DNA of 64,000 nucleotides from Zygnema circumcarinatum SAG 698-1b (Eukaryota; Plantae; Zygnematophyceae). Positions 40,866 to 54,920 of the stretch are shown piece by piece. The notes under the pieces were generated by a model. It made no database searches. It saw only the letters and a list, made by a program, of their open reading frames with translations, and had not been told where the DNA came from. Position 1 is the stretch's first letter, and each line of letters starts with the position of its first letter. The stretch covers positions 3,568,880 to 3,632,879 of the forward strand of contig CM074810.1 of NCBI GenBank assembly GCA_037447605.1, in the 5' to 3' direction. A program made the translations under genes and the position numbers.

Positions 40866-41839
40866 TAGCGAGACCGTATGATGGTCTCCGTACGGACACG
40901 GAACTGGACTCAAAGGGCCTCGCGTAACGCAACTGTAACTAAAACTGTGACTAAGCTTCTATGTCCCTGTATATGGCGATAACTGAGAAGGTCAGGGTTG
41001 TCGTGAAGCGTGATATTTGTCACGTTCCTGGACGTACAATGCCAAGTTCTTGTGGAACGCATGTTGGAGCGCCCTAATCGGTGCTATGGCCAACATGTGC
41101 GCCACGTGTGCAATGTGCCATGCAAAGGTGAACAATGTTGCACAGGTTGGACGATTGGATCAATGGTTGGTCTGGGCAAGGAGCCTCGCCTGTTCTCCGA
41201 CCAACAAGCGCATGTTGATTGGTGGTGCTATTGCGAGGGCTCAACACGTGGTCCTCTTAATGATGGTTGGTTCCCTTCGTCTACAACAAAAAAATCGAAA
41301 CAAACCGATCAGTATGGTTTGGAGTTGTTGTGAAGTTCAAATGACGCCATTCCATGGGTAGACTAGACTAGAGTAGACTAGGCTGACTAGACTGTACTAG
41401 GTTAGTTGCTAGCTACCACAATATCTTTTCATACCCTTTGATTTCATGGATGGGAAGGCTGGCCACACAAGACAGTTGCAAAGAGCGGGCCTGGGCCTTG
41501 TACCAGTTGAACTGCAGCACGCAACTGGAACTGCAACTGCTACTGGAACTGTAATTGAAACTGCAACTGGAACAGGCACTGGAACTGGCACTCGAAGTTC
41601 AACTGCAACTTCAACTGAAACTGGAGCTGATATTGAAAGTTACTCGTGGTTCCCAGCCATGGCCGCATGAGCCGAGCCATATGGGAAGGGAGCGAACGCT
41701 GTGGTGGTTCAACTAACACGTGAAATTGCAATTCAAGATCAAGATCCTGAATCAAATCGATTGCCGAATATGGATCTACAACTTTGATGTGACTTGTTCA
41801 CAACTTTAACAATAGGAATTACGTGGGTCGCCGTCGATG

Positions 41840-41982
41840 TGTAGCGAAACGCTATAGATCTGTTGTATGGCCTAGTACTTACATCCGCGGTTGCCTTTTA
41901 ATGGTAAAGCACTTAGGTGAATACCGGGAGGTCCTGAGTTCGAATCCTGCTGCAGGCAGGTTCGTTACATAGGTATCAGAGC
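41840..41982 (+). mobile_element. Short LTR (130 bp) plus tRNA-iMet primer-binding site; TRIM-like remnant
   Basis: 41840-41969 starts TGTAGCGAA and ends TTCGTTACA (8/9 inverted repeat, TG..CA); GGTATCAGAGC follows at 41972-41982 (canonical PBS TGGTATCAGAGC). No second LTR found. Confidence 0.65.
41886..41958 (+). pseudogene. Degenerate tRNA-like sequence (A and B boxes) inside the LTR
   Basis: D-arm CTTT-TAATGGT-AAAG, GAA at the anticodon position, variable loop GAGGTC, B box GAGTTCGAATCC; acceptor, anticodon and T stems pair poorly, so it is not a functional tRNA. Confidence 0.6.
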
Positions 41983-42709
41983 AGTATACAGTACAGTATA
42001 CAGTATTCAAAATGCAGTGACGGGGTATCATTTTCCTTGGTTAGCAAAAATAAAATCAGCCGACGGAAGTAGGTGGGTATCGATTCCAAAAAGGTGTGAA
42101 AAAAGCATTTTCCGTTTTTAATCCTTTTTGAAATCTGCCCGGCCGGAAGGGGTGTTTGGATCCAAAAAAGGGGTGGAAATATCACTACCCTTTTAGTATT
42201 ACGAGAATTTTTTAAGTCTGACACCCCCTATTGTAGATTGGTGAGTGACTTGGCGAATCGTGCTGTTGCCACGTGGACTGCTTACCACACGGAGCGACTT
42301 TGGCCGCCACGTGTACCGTCCGACCAGCGCGTGCCCAAAACTCGCCACGTGTCATGACCAGGTCGCAGTCCGCCTCCCAAAAAAACAAAACTCGTCAGCG
42401 GCGGCCACGACAGCCCATTGCTCGAGAGTCCGGACGAGCCGGTGGTCATCCGTACGGTACAATCACCTCTCAGTTGACGGGATTCGTACACCATTTGTAC
42501 CCGAAATATGTACTTTCTACTTTGACCAGTAAGAGCCGTACAGCTGCAAGCGCACCACGGCCTGTAGCCTAACAGGCCTTTCTAGAACCCGCGCAAGGCC
42601 GAGCAGGGAGAGAGGGAGACAGTGGCAGTAGTTCTGTCTCCGCTCGACCGCTCGCCGGCTGCTTCTGCATTCAAGGGGGACGCCATGCAAGCATTACAGT
42701 AAGCTGCTC

Positions 42710-42748
<39 letters not shown>

Positions 42749-42894
42749 ATTGCGCCTGTATTCCCTTCTCCCTCTCCATTCGCGCCTGTCTCCTCTCTCC
42801 CTCTCTCTCTCTCTCTCCCTCTCTCACTCTCCCTCCCCGCTTGTACCGCGTAATCAGAGAATCACGGATGCAGAGAGCTTGCTGCAGCTCAACC

Positions 42895-45086
<2,192 letters not shown>

Positions 45087-46681
45087 ATTTTTGTCCTTCT
45101 GAAATGGGGCCTTATTGTAATTTTTTACAAGGGGCTCCTGAAAGCACTCCAATTCCCGGTGTATGAAGCACTTCAAAAAGGCTCTCAAAGAGAGAGAGAG
45201 AAAGCGAGAGAGAGAGAGAGAGAGAAGACTTCTTCTCTTGGAGTCCTTTTGGGAGAGGGGGTGTAGAGAGAGGGAGAGTGGGGAGGGGGGAGAGGTTTAA
45301 GAGGGGAGTTGAGTGTACATAGCCAGAGTCCAAATGCCGGCTTTTTAGGTTAATGTTTTTTTTTTGGCTTCAATGAAGTTTTAAGCAGTATGGGACGGAA
45401 GGAACGGAGGAACTGTTTCCATGCAGTTTTGTGGCAGAGAGGGAGGCGACTTATAATGCTGTGGTTGGCATTTGAAGGGGTTTTGGTGAGGTTCTATGCA
45501 GTTGTTCAGAGCAGTTTTGTGTCACAGTAACGTGCCCAGTTGCGTTGCTGCGGTTTCCACAATCAGGAATCAATCACCTTTTATTGCTTTTCTAAAGCAG
45601 AACGTTTTTTTGGTTTTGTTTTTCAAGCGTTACATGTCATGAAGGGAAGACTTCAGTTCAACGCCGCCGTTTAACTGCACTGAAATTGAACTGGAACTGG
45701 TTCTATGCTCTGACTGACCTGTGCTCTGACCATTACTGGCCGTCCTTGGGCGCTTTCTATGTTGACCACAAGTTGAATGCTGGCCAACCATAGGTTTCAA
45801 TATTGGTTGACCAAAAGTTGAATGCCTGATTAATCACATGTACCTCCGCTTCCAGTTCTACTGAGCGATGACAAGCTCCATGTGCTCTCGATGTCTCCTC
45901 AGTTCCGTGGCCTGTTTTGTGCTGTCACTTACAACTAGGGATGGCTTAATTACGACTATATAATCTATATTATATTATATAACTGTGACGACTAAATAAC
46001 GGCTGTTATATAATACTTTACAACGCCTTTACAACATGTACGGTCGTACGGTCGTACGACCGTACGGTATTATGCGGTGGAGACAGAGTGAACCAGACGG
46101 ACGCATTTCGCAACGCCAACGCCAAAACGACCTAATTTTGGTATGGTACGATCGTACGACCGTACTCGTACGGTGGTACGGTCGTTAATTGTTCAAAACG
46201 GGTGGGTATAATATATGTAATAAAGTGTTTTACTTTGTACTATATCACTACTTTTAAACCCGTTGTAAAGTATATAATATAGTCGGACTTTATAACTCGG
46301 GCCATCCCTACTTACAACGCCTGCTCGTGGCCAAGTTTGTCGTGACCTCAAGTCAATCCGTACACGTGTATGGACAAGTCTGTACGGCACACGGCGCGTC
46401 GATCCAAATCTGAATCTGAATCTAAATATGAGAGGCTATTCCTTTCTTAGATAATTACTGTACTTCAAAATCAGTCTCATAAAGCTACTGACTTCAAAGA
46501 TTTTTCAAACTGCCGTGTACTAGTTTTGAAAACTACTGAGTCGACAAAATGTCAAAAATTGGACACTTCCTAAAAATCGCGCCCTTTGCCATCTGTCTGT
46601 TTTTTGGCCGTTTCCCGTTTTGTCAGTTCCATGACGCACCTAGTTTTGGAAACCCGTTCCGTTCATTCTTCGATTTTTCGT

Positions 46682-46700
46682 CCAATCAGCTTTTGTCACG
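46682..46700 (+). promoter_or_regulatory. CCAAT-N10-CACG (ERSE-type) element
   Basis: CCAAT cagcttttgt CACG TCA. Confidence 0.45.
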
Positions 46701-47006
46701 TCACCTTCATTGTGGACAAAATCTTTTTTATAATATTTTAACATTTTTCGATTTTTCATACAATCACCTTCTGCCACGTCAGTTCATGTCAACATAAAAA
46801 ATCTTTTGTTCAATATTTAAATATTTTTCCCATGGTACGGCCGTGGCCATATATTCTCCCAATGATCCGGAAATATCGGCTTCTGCGGTTCTCCGCGCTG
46901 TCCTGGATTGTCGGGCTGCCCTCGGAGAGATTTTGATCCGCGTCCAAGCTGCCCGGAAGGGGCCTTTCGCAGGTCTCTCCATTGGCGCCGTCCAGCAAGC
47001 TGACGT

Positions 47007-47025
47007 CCAATCACGACGCGTCACG
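47007..47025 (+). promoter_or_regulatory. CCAAT-N10-CACG (ERSE-type) element
   Basis: CCAAT cacgacgcgt CACG TGT. Confidence 0.45.
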
Positions 47026-48572
47026 TGTACATTTGTCCACGTGGTTACTTCCCACTGGCTGAGCGCAAGCCTAGCTGGCAGCGAAGAATTGCCCGCACGT
47101 CGGCACCGCCATGGGCACGTGCAAAGTGGACCGTACGGTAACGTAACGTCTTTTGTCGTTTATTGATATTCGTACAAGAACTGTACCATTTATGTACGGT
47201 AGACGTATGAAAATTGTACGGACACTTATTGAAATCCGCGAACGCCCGGTTGGCACGGACGGCTGTTGACAAAAAGGCGTCGACTCAAGGGCAGGAAGGA
47301 AACAGTTCAGTCCTGCCCCCCGTATCTATCTGACGGCTCCAGAGACGTTTAAAAACATCGGACGGCGAAGAGACACGAGAGCAGATTAATAGAATGTTTT
47401 GGAATCTGCCCGCCGGCGGTGGCCACAAGCCCGGGGGAGGGCGGCGGGAAGACGACGGACGGCCGATTGTGGGCCTTGCAAAACAGCCAATGGAAGGGCG
47501 GCGTCGCACGTGCCGCAAGTGCGGCCTTTCCGTGTATGGGCTGAGAGGCCGGGAGAGGGGGCTGGCGGGCGGAGAGGGAGACACGTCGCCCAGGGCCGGG
47601 GGGGGGGGGCTTCTGCTCTAAAAGGGGGAAGGGGGGAGGGAGAGGGAGGGCGAGAGAAAAAGAGAGAAAGAGAGAAGAAGGGAGAAAGAGCGAGAGGTTG
47701 TTGGACGACGGAGTGTTGGAGGAGCGTGAGAGAGGAACTGGTGAGTGGGTGGCGGAAGGTCGGGGAGTGAAGAGGTGGGAGGGAGGCAGTGGGAAGGGGA
47801 GGAAGGGAAAGGAGGAGAGGGAGGGGGGCAATGGGAATGGGAATGGGAATGACGGAGAAGATGGGAGGGAGAGAAGTGGAGAAGGGGAGACTGTGTAATG
47901 GAAGGGAGGGAGGGTGAGAGTGGGGTTGAAGGGATGGGAGGGGGAAGGGGGGGAAAGTGCGGGAGGCGATGAGGGAGTGGAGGAGAGGGGGGAGAGGGGA
48001 GGGAGGGAGGGAGGGAGGGAGGAGGTGCGGGGGGGTGGAGAGGGGGAGAGTGGGGTTAAAAGGTCTGGTGGCAGGAGGTAAGAGTGGGAGTGGAGGGGCG
48101 GGTGGGGGAGGAGTGGGCGGAAGAAAGCGATGGAGGGAAAGAGACAGAGTGGTAGGGAGGGTTTTTAGGATGTGAGTAGTTAGCAGGAAATTGCAATATT
48201 TGGGAAGTGGGGGCAATGTACTGTTCACTGTAAGAATTAAAAACAAAAAATATAGAAAGGAAAAAGAAACGCAAGCGAACATGTCTCTTCTCCCTCCCTG
48301 CCTCTTCCTCCTTTTTCCCTCCCTCTCCCTCCCTCCCCTCCCTACCTCTCCCTCTCCTCCCTACCTCTCCCTCCCTTCTCCCTCCCTCTCCCTCCCTCCC
48401 TCCTCTCCCTCCCTCTCCCTCCCTCTCCCTTCCTCCCTCCCCCCCCGCTCTCCCTCCTTCTCCCTCCCACTCTCTCACTCACCCTGATTCCCCCTTTAAA
48501 ATGCAGGTCCTCATTTTCTTCCGCCCCAGATCGTAAAACGCGGCTTGAACCTTATTTACCCTGAACCCCGCC

Positions 48573-49915
48573 ATGGCTGCGATCAGCAAGAAGGGTGCCT
48601 TTGGAGCTCTCCATGAAGACGAGGACGACTGGTTGGGCAGCTACCTCGCCACCACCAAGTATGGAAGCGATGCGAAACTGAACTCGCATCCTGTTCGTCC
48701 GAAAAAGGAGGAAAAAAAAGATAAGAAGGTTTATAAATTGCAGCAGGCGACCATCAAGGGAAGGCGCAAATCGTGGGCGGCCAATTCGAGCATTGGGAAA
48801 ATCTTGGTTCCGAAAATTGAAGTGCTGCCCGAGAGGGTGAACGCTATTAGGGATGCAAATGAGGCCGACATTAAGCCTCCCGCGGGTCATTTTGTGAGAG
48901 AGCATCGGAAGTCGAAGGAGCATCCGACGGAGGAGGGAGGGGAGGGAGCGGCAGGGAAGAAGGTGGCAAGGGGAGGGGCGGTAGACAGGAGGAGATCGTT
49001 GGCATATGATGAGCTGGATGCGGTGAAGCACAGGTGAGAGAGTGAGGGAGGGGAGGGAGGGGAGGGAGTGAGGGAGGGGAGGGAGTGAGAGAGGGGAAGG
49101 AGTAAGGGAGGGGAGGGTGGGGAGGCGAGGGAGGGGGGATTTGGTGGGGAGGGGAGGGAGGGTGGTATGGTGAGGGTGGGAGGGGAAGAACGAATAAGGG
49201 TGGAGGGGAGGAGAAAATGGGGGGCAGGCACGGGAGTTTGAGAGAGAGTGGGAAGGGCTCAGGAGGGAGGAATGCACAGCGTGGGGAGTGAGGAGTAGAG
49301 CGACAGAGTAGCTTTGAGGGGAGAGAGGAGAGAGGGAGGGTGGAAATATTTGTTCGATGTAGCCGGTAGGAGGGGACCGAGGGTTTTGGTGTTCGCTTCT
49401 TCTCCCCTGTTGCATTGCTTGTTCTGTCCCTGATCTCGCTTCTACCAGCTGCTTTCGTCTTTGTTTTCTCGTCTCTTGTTTGCATCCCCCCCTCTCTCCC
49501 ACTCTCTCCCGCCCTCTCTCTCGTCCTCTTCCTCTCACCTGCAACCCCATTCTCCCCCATGTTTCTTCTCCCCCCCTCTTACAGAAAACCCTATCATCAC
49601 AAGATTCTCCGCCTCTAAAGACGTGATTTGCAAGAAACTTGCTTTGCAATAACTTGCAATGATGCAGAAAGTGATGCAGGCTCTGACCCTTTTATGTATG
49701 TATGCTGTATGTGCAGAGTGATGCAGGCCGCCCAGCTGTGGGAGCAGGATCAGATGATGGACGAAGATGAGTTAGAAGACAAGGACGACTCCATGCCCGC
49801 CTCCTCTCTCATGGCGACCGACCTCCTCGAGCCGCCGCCGCCACTGCCGGAGAAGACCAAGGGCTTTGGGAAAGGGTGGCTCAAGAGATGGCCAGTACGG
49901 CCGACGCCGGCTTGA
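48573..49915 (+). CDS. Hypothetical protein (about 220 aa, charged), 2 exons
   Basis: Exons 48573-49033 and 49717-49915 join in phase (KHR|VMQAAQLWEQDQ); non-repetitive coding-like sequence; no family recognised. Confidence 0.6.
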
Positions 49916-51144
49916 GAGAGAGAGAGGGAGAGGGGGGGGGAGGGAGAGGGAGAATGTGGGGAGGGAGGTGGGAGGGAGGGAGGGAGGAGACGGAAGGGAG
50001 TTGATGTACGTTAGAGAGGTGGAGTAGAGAGCGGAGGGGGGGAGTGAGAAGTGGGAGAGAGACGGGGGAAGGGAGGAGGGGTGGGGACGAGAGGTTAGGT
50101 AATGGAGGGAGTGGGTGGAGAGGGGTAGAGGTAGGGAGAGGGAGAAGGTAGGGGAGGGAGGGAGGGAGGGAGCACTTTCAGCGTGCGCTGAGGTGGGAGA
50201 CGAAGATGATTTGACATTGTTGTGCTTCGGCTTTTTCGGGACGGCATTTTCTGCATTCGTCCTTGCACCATTCTTTTTGGAAATAGGTTTTGGGAAGAGC
50301 AGTTTCGTTTCCAAAATAGGTCGACTCGATTGATTGTGTCAGAATATTCTTTAGGCGGACTTTGTTTTTAGGGCCAGATATGGTTCTGAAATAGGGTGCA
50401 GGAAATAAGCAGATAGGAAGAAGGAGATGGAAGAGGGAGGGGAGGGAGGGAGGGAGGGAAGTGAGGTTGTTAGTACTGGACATGGGAATGCTCAGTTTAA
50501 CGGTGTACAGTTAGTTAGTTGCTAATGGTAGACTATTGACATGGGATTAATTAATTCACTTTATGGGAGTCAATCCCATCAACGGTAGAGAATGAGTCGG
50601 TCTGGTTGATGTCCCTTTAAGACATCACAATTTATTCTGTGGGGCGGAGGGAACTTTTTAAAATTGGGACACTCTTGCATGGTGGGATATCACCTCTTTA
50701 CCTTCAACTGCTTTTCAGTGTGAAAATGAGAAATGTCATCTATTAACACTTACGGAAAATGATACCCCCCCCCTCTTCCGGATATTACGCCCCTTTTTCT
50801 GAAATTCCGTGCTTCAATTTTGCCTATTGCGCTCCCTGTTTTGGATACCCCCCCCCCCCTATTTTGGATATTCACCCCCCCCCCCCTGTTTTCTCCTTCT
50901 CACACATCAGCGCACGAGAGAGATTAGAGCAGAGGAGAGAGAGAGAGAGTAGAGTCGGCAGCTGTCGCTATGCTTGCCGATGATGTGAAATCCTTCGTGC
51001 TTGCAGTGCTCGATCATGACTCGGGGCAGGGGAGGGAGGGGAGAGCAAGCGCGGGAAGGGGAAAGGAGGGGAGGGGGAGGGGATAGGAGGGGAAGGGCAG
51101 GGGCGGGGAGGGAGGGAAGGGGAGGTCAGGGGAGNNNNNNNNNN

Positions 51145-51830
51145 CTGCTCGCCCCACCCCAGGCCTCTCCCCCGGTTCCTTGTGATCATTGTGGAAATTG
51201 TTTTGGTTAGGGTGCGGGTTTGTCCCGGCATATGCGCGCGTGTCCTCTTCGTCCTCCTCCCATTGTCGACCCTTCTTCTACTCCCTCTTCTTCTCTACCC
51301 GTCACTGCCACCCCTGGGTCTACTTTGCATGTTGGGCCTAGTCCGGCTGCTTGGGCGTATGCTCGGTCTTTAGATGTCCTTGGGTCGTTTTTTGTTGGGT
51401 CCCGTCGTCCTCATCTTTACGCTCGTATCCCACGGGCTTTGCGTGTTTGTGTTCGAGATGCTTTGCGTTTGCCTCTTGCTCGTCTTGCGTGTGATCCATC
51501 AGATGTTGCTGCTTGGCATGTCCTTCTTCTTTTCCCCCTTTGGGTTTTAATTTTGCCCCCTCGTGGTGGGGCCAGCGCCGTTCGCGAGACCCGTCGGCGA
51601 TGTNNNNNNNNNNCCTCACATCGGTGACCTTCGCGGCTGCTTCTAGGGCTGCGTTGTTGTGCCTAGGCGTAGTTTTCCGCTCCTAGCTTCGTTTTATTGT
51701 GTTTCGGTCCTTTGTGACCAGTCCTTCGTGGTTCCACATTTTGCCTTTATCCATGTAAATTTGATGGCCTCGCCATCGCGAGTTCAATGAAAGTTTGCGT
51801 TACGTTTTTTGGCCTTTTTTACTTGTGTTA
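51145..51830 (+). mobile_element. CRE-like retrotransposon: 5' ORF part (zinc finger) and probable 3' end, separated by a gap
   Basis: CDHCGNCFG*GAGLSRHMRAC (stop at 51208-51210), then YARIPRALR...AWHVLLLFPLWVLILPPRGG, resembling the region upstream of the RT in CRE ORFs; N gaps at 51135-51144 and 51604-51613. The 3' assignment is tentative. Confidence 0.6.
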
Positions 51831-52563
51831 GTATGACTCATATATATCGTATCGTATATCGTTTTCGCGATACGATACAACACGTCACGGTCCGCCTCTG
51901 CCTCTGCGTTAAGTTAAACTTTTCTACATTGTCCAGTTAACAGTTCCGGACCGTTCTCGGCAAAATCGCCCAATCTTCTCGCTCGAATCAAATTTTATTT
52001 GGTACATAAAACGACTAAGAACGTCCGTCTGTATGCTGAAAAATTTAGTCAAGTTACTAACCGACGGATTCTCGCACATGGAGCCTTGAACGTCCTGAAT
52101 TTGCCAGGATTCGGCGGCGTTGCAGTCAGCCTTCAAGGCTTCAAGATTTCTTCTCTGAGGGGGGGTGAAGGCCTGACGGCCTGAAGGTCTGAAGGTAAGG
52201 GTATCACTTCCCCATTGAATACGTCTGCCTTTGAAGCGCTGCAAATCCTCAATATCAAAATTTCCGCCGTGTACTGGCCTTCGTGGAAATGCGAGGTCTG
52301 CTTGGATTTGACGCACTTGCTTTGAAGTTTCAAGTTCCAGCCTTTAAGACTTCAAGACCTGTCCGCGGAGAAGGAAGGGACTCTTCCCCTTTGTCTCCTC
52401 CTTGGAAGCGCTTTAAACCCTCATTCTGCACACTTTCCTGAAAGCATGATGTGCAGAGTATGCTGGCCTACTTAATAATGCAAGGCCCTGCTTGGATTTT
52501 GCATATTTGCTGGCTAGGAAATTTTGACGTTCAGTTGTATTGCTGGTGCACGTGAGAAGGGAG

Positions 52564-54920
52564 ATGGAGTTGGCGGCGGCGGAGGAGGAGGAGGAGGGTG
52601 GCGGAAGGTGGCAAGGTAGCACAGAGGTTGAGCAAAGGGTTGTTCCAGATGAAGTTTCAGAAGTTGCTGGAGCAGGATCTTGGTTGCCATGCGGAAAGCC
52701 TCCGAATGAACGTGCAATAGTCGAGGAAGCTGAGGTGCGATTTTCATGCTTTGACATTTTAGCACGCGTTGCTGATGGTCCTTATAGAATCGCGCAGATT
52801 TCTTTCTTGGGAGAAACAGGAGGAAGATCAGGCGTCCCCGTTCATTGAACAGGGCACAGGATCTTGACACGTTGAGTGTAGAGTGCATTTCCGTTTTGTG
52901 ATGGTTGATCGTTTGAAGTGATTTTTTTTTTTTCTTACTGACTAAGGCCTTTGAGGTGTATAGTAAAATTTGCAGCACAGGTTGACTCGACCTTTTGGAG
53001 CTTCAAATAATATCATCTACTTTTTTTTACTTCTGATAGGTTCACTTTATGGGAAAGAGATTTCTAATGGTTATTGCGAGGAACAGGAATTTAATCAAAC
53101 AGAAGAGCTTGGACGCTGGTTGGAAGCACAGAAGCAGGTTTGACTCCTTGTGTCTTGTCCTTATCGGCCAAGGAGAAAAAACTTGTTCAACCGCCGTCTC
53201 GTTGAAGCAATTAGTATAGCTTGTTTGCCAGGGTATGGCGCAAGTTTTTTTTCCCTTTTTTTGCACGTTCAAGATAGTCTAGGAGAGCGAATGCTTCAGT
53301 TGTCTTGCCGTATTCCAGCGATTGGCAAACTCGTTTTCAAGTCACGAAAGCACAACCATTGGACGCCATTTCTGGTCAGGCAAAGCTGCAAGACGAAGCA
53401 GAGCTTCAGTCTGCGGAAGTGCCTGAAGTGTTCTATGTTCACGAAGGAAACGATCATCTTGAACAAAGCAGTGTGTGGAAATCTCTGCAAGAGGGGTTAG
53501 TAGTTATTTTGTTGTCGCGATCTACTTGGCCTGCTTCAAAAGCACGAAATTTCTATGAGGACCTGACGATGCAGTTTTGGTCCAAAGCATGCAGGCTGAT
53601 GTCTGCTGATGGGCATATGCACAGAATCACTGAGATTTGCATTTCTCATATGTTCAAATTATGTTTCTCAATTGAATTGCTTTTTCACATTCGTTTTCAC
53701 TCTCTCTGTACCTTCCTTTTTCTGTCTCTCACTTTCTGCCTCCCTCTCACCGCCTCTCTCATGCAGTAACAATGCTCAATGTTGACTGGCTGACTATTGC
53801 TCATTCTGTGCTCGTCAGTCGACGACTGAAAAGTGTGAAAAATGTCTGAGAATATTGATCGCAGTGATTTGGTTTCCAATCTGTGAAAGTTGACTGAGGG
53901 ACATGGGCAGAGCAAAAATACTAGAGAATAAGGAGCTACTGGAAAGCACAAGCTACGAAACTCTCGTTTCCATCAAGACTTCTGCACAGCGTCTGCTCGA
54001 AACTGTGGATCAAGGCATTCATCTCGCTGTCGAGCGGGAAAGGTGATACTTCCTCGCATTTTTTACTTCTACAGCGCTGTGCACGAATACACTTAGAGCA
54101 TCCATTCATTTCAGTATGTGAAAAAACAAAGAAACCCGAGAGGCCTCAATGATGATGATGATGCCCAGTCATAGCAGTCATCAGTCCCAATCCTTTTTTC
54201 CTTTTTAGAAGCAATTGAACTTTTCTCGCAGTTTTTTTCACAGAAAACTCGTTGCAATTATATAGAATGTTGTTTTGGATGTTCTTTCGTTGGCAGGTAT
54301 CAAGTGTGGCAGGCTGCAACTGCGGCTCGACGGCAAATTTGCAGAATTGAATCGGAGGCATTGGCGATCTGCAATACCTTGCGAGCTGAAGTTGCGAAAA
54401 TTTCCGAAAGGGAGAGGAAGACGCAGGAGCTGCTGGTGAGAAGCAACGCGGCAGTTCAGAAAATCGGGTTTGGACAAGCGGTAGAGGTTTGTGGCCTTTA
54501 CTTAAAGAAAAAAGGATAAGTTGATTTTGCTGAAGGAGTTCGTGACATCAGCACATGGTTGCTCTTCTGCATCTTGCGTATTTCTTCACATGCAGCATCG
54601 TTCTTGACTCCATCTGCATGGTTTCGTGTGTGTATTCCATTCTCACATTTTTAGGTTGGTTGTTTTTGTGCAATTATTCACGTATTCCGCGAGTTAACCA
54701 TGCAGACGGGCGATTTAGAATGAAGTCATGCATCTTATTGGTTGAAACTGGAAAAACCTGCAAAACTTGGAAAGGAACTAGACACAAGTTTTGTAATGTT
54801 TTGCTGAATCTTGTTAAAGTTCTGAGACATTTGCCTTCACCTGAGCTGATTTGAACTTTATATATATTAAAGTCTTGATTTTTTTTTTTAAATTCTGTGC
54901 AGGATATTGACGAGGCTTGA
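52564..54920 (+). CDS. Hypothetical multi-exon protein with C-terminal coiled coil
   Basis: In-phase exons near 53.27-53.50 kb, 53.95-54.04 kb and 54.30-54.49 kb give ...SAQRLLETVDQGIHLAVERERYQVWQAATAARRQICRIESEALAICNTLRAEVAKISERERKTQELL; 5' exons incompletely resolved. Confidence 0.55.

Noticed and set aside
40369-40932. ORFs rich in YRIV/RYDT
   Set aside because: Translations of (CGTAT)n inside the MITE.
41886-41958. Functional tRNA-Phe gene
   Set aside because: Acceptor, anticodon and T stems are largely unpaired; kept only as a tRNA-derived segment.
51920-52420. ORFs 51924..52316 and neighbours
   Set aside because: No recognisable motifs or in-phase splice partners; probably intergenic or decayed repeat DNA.
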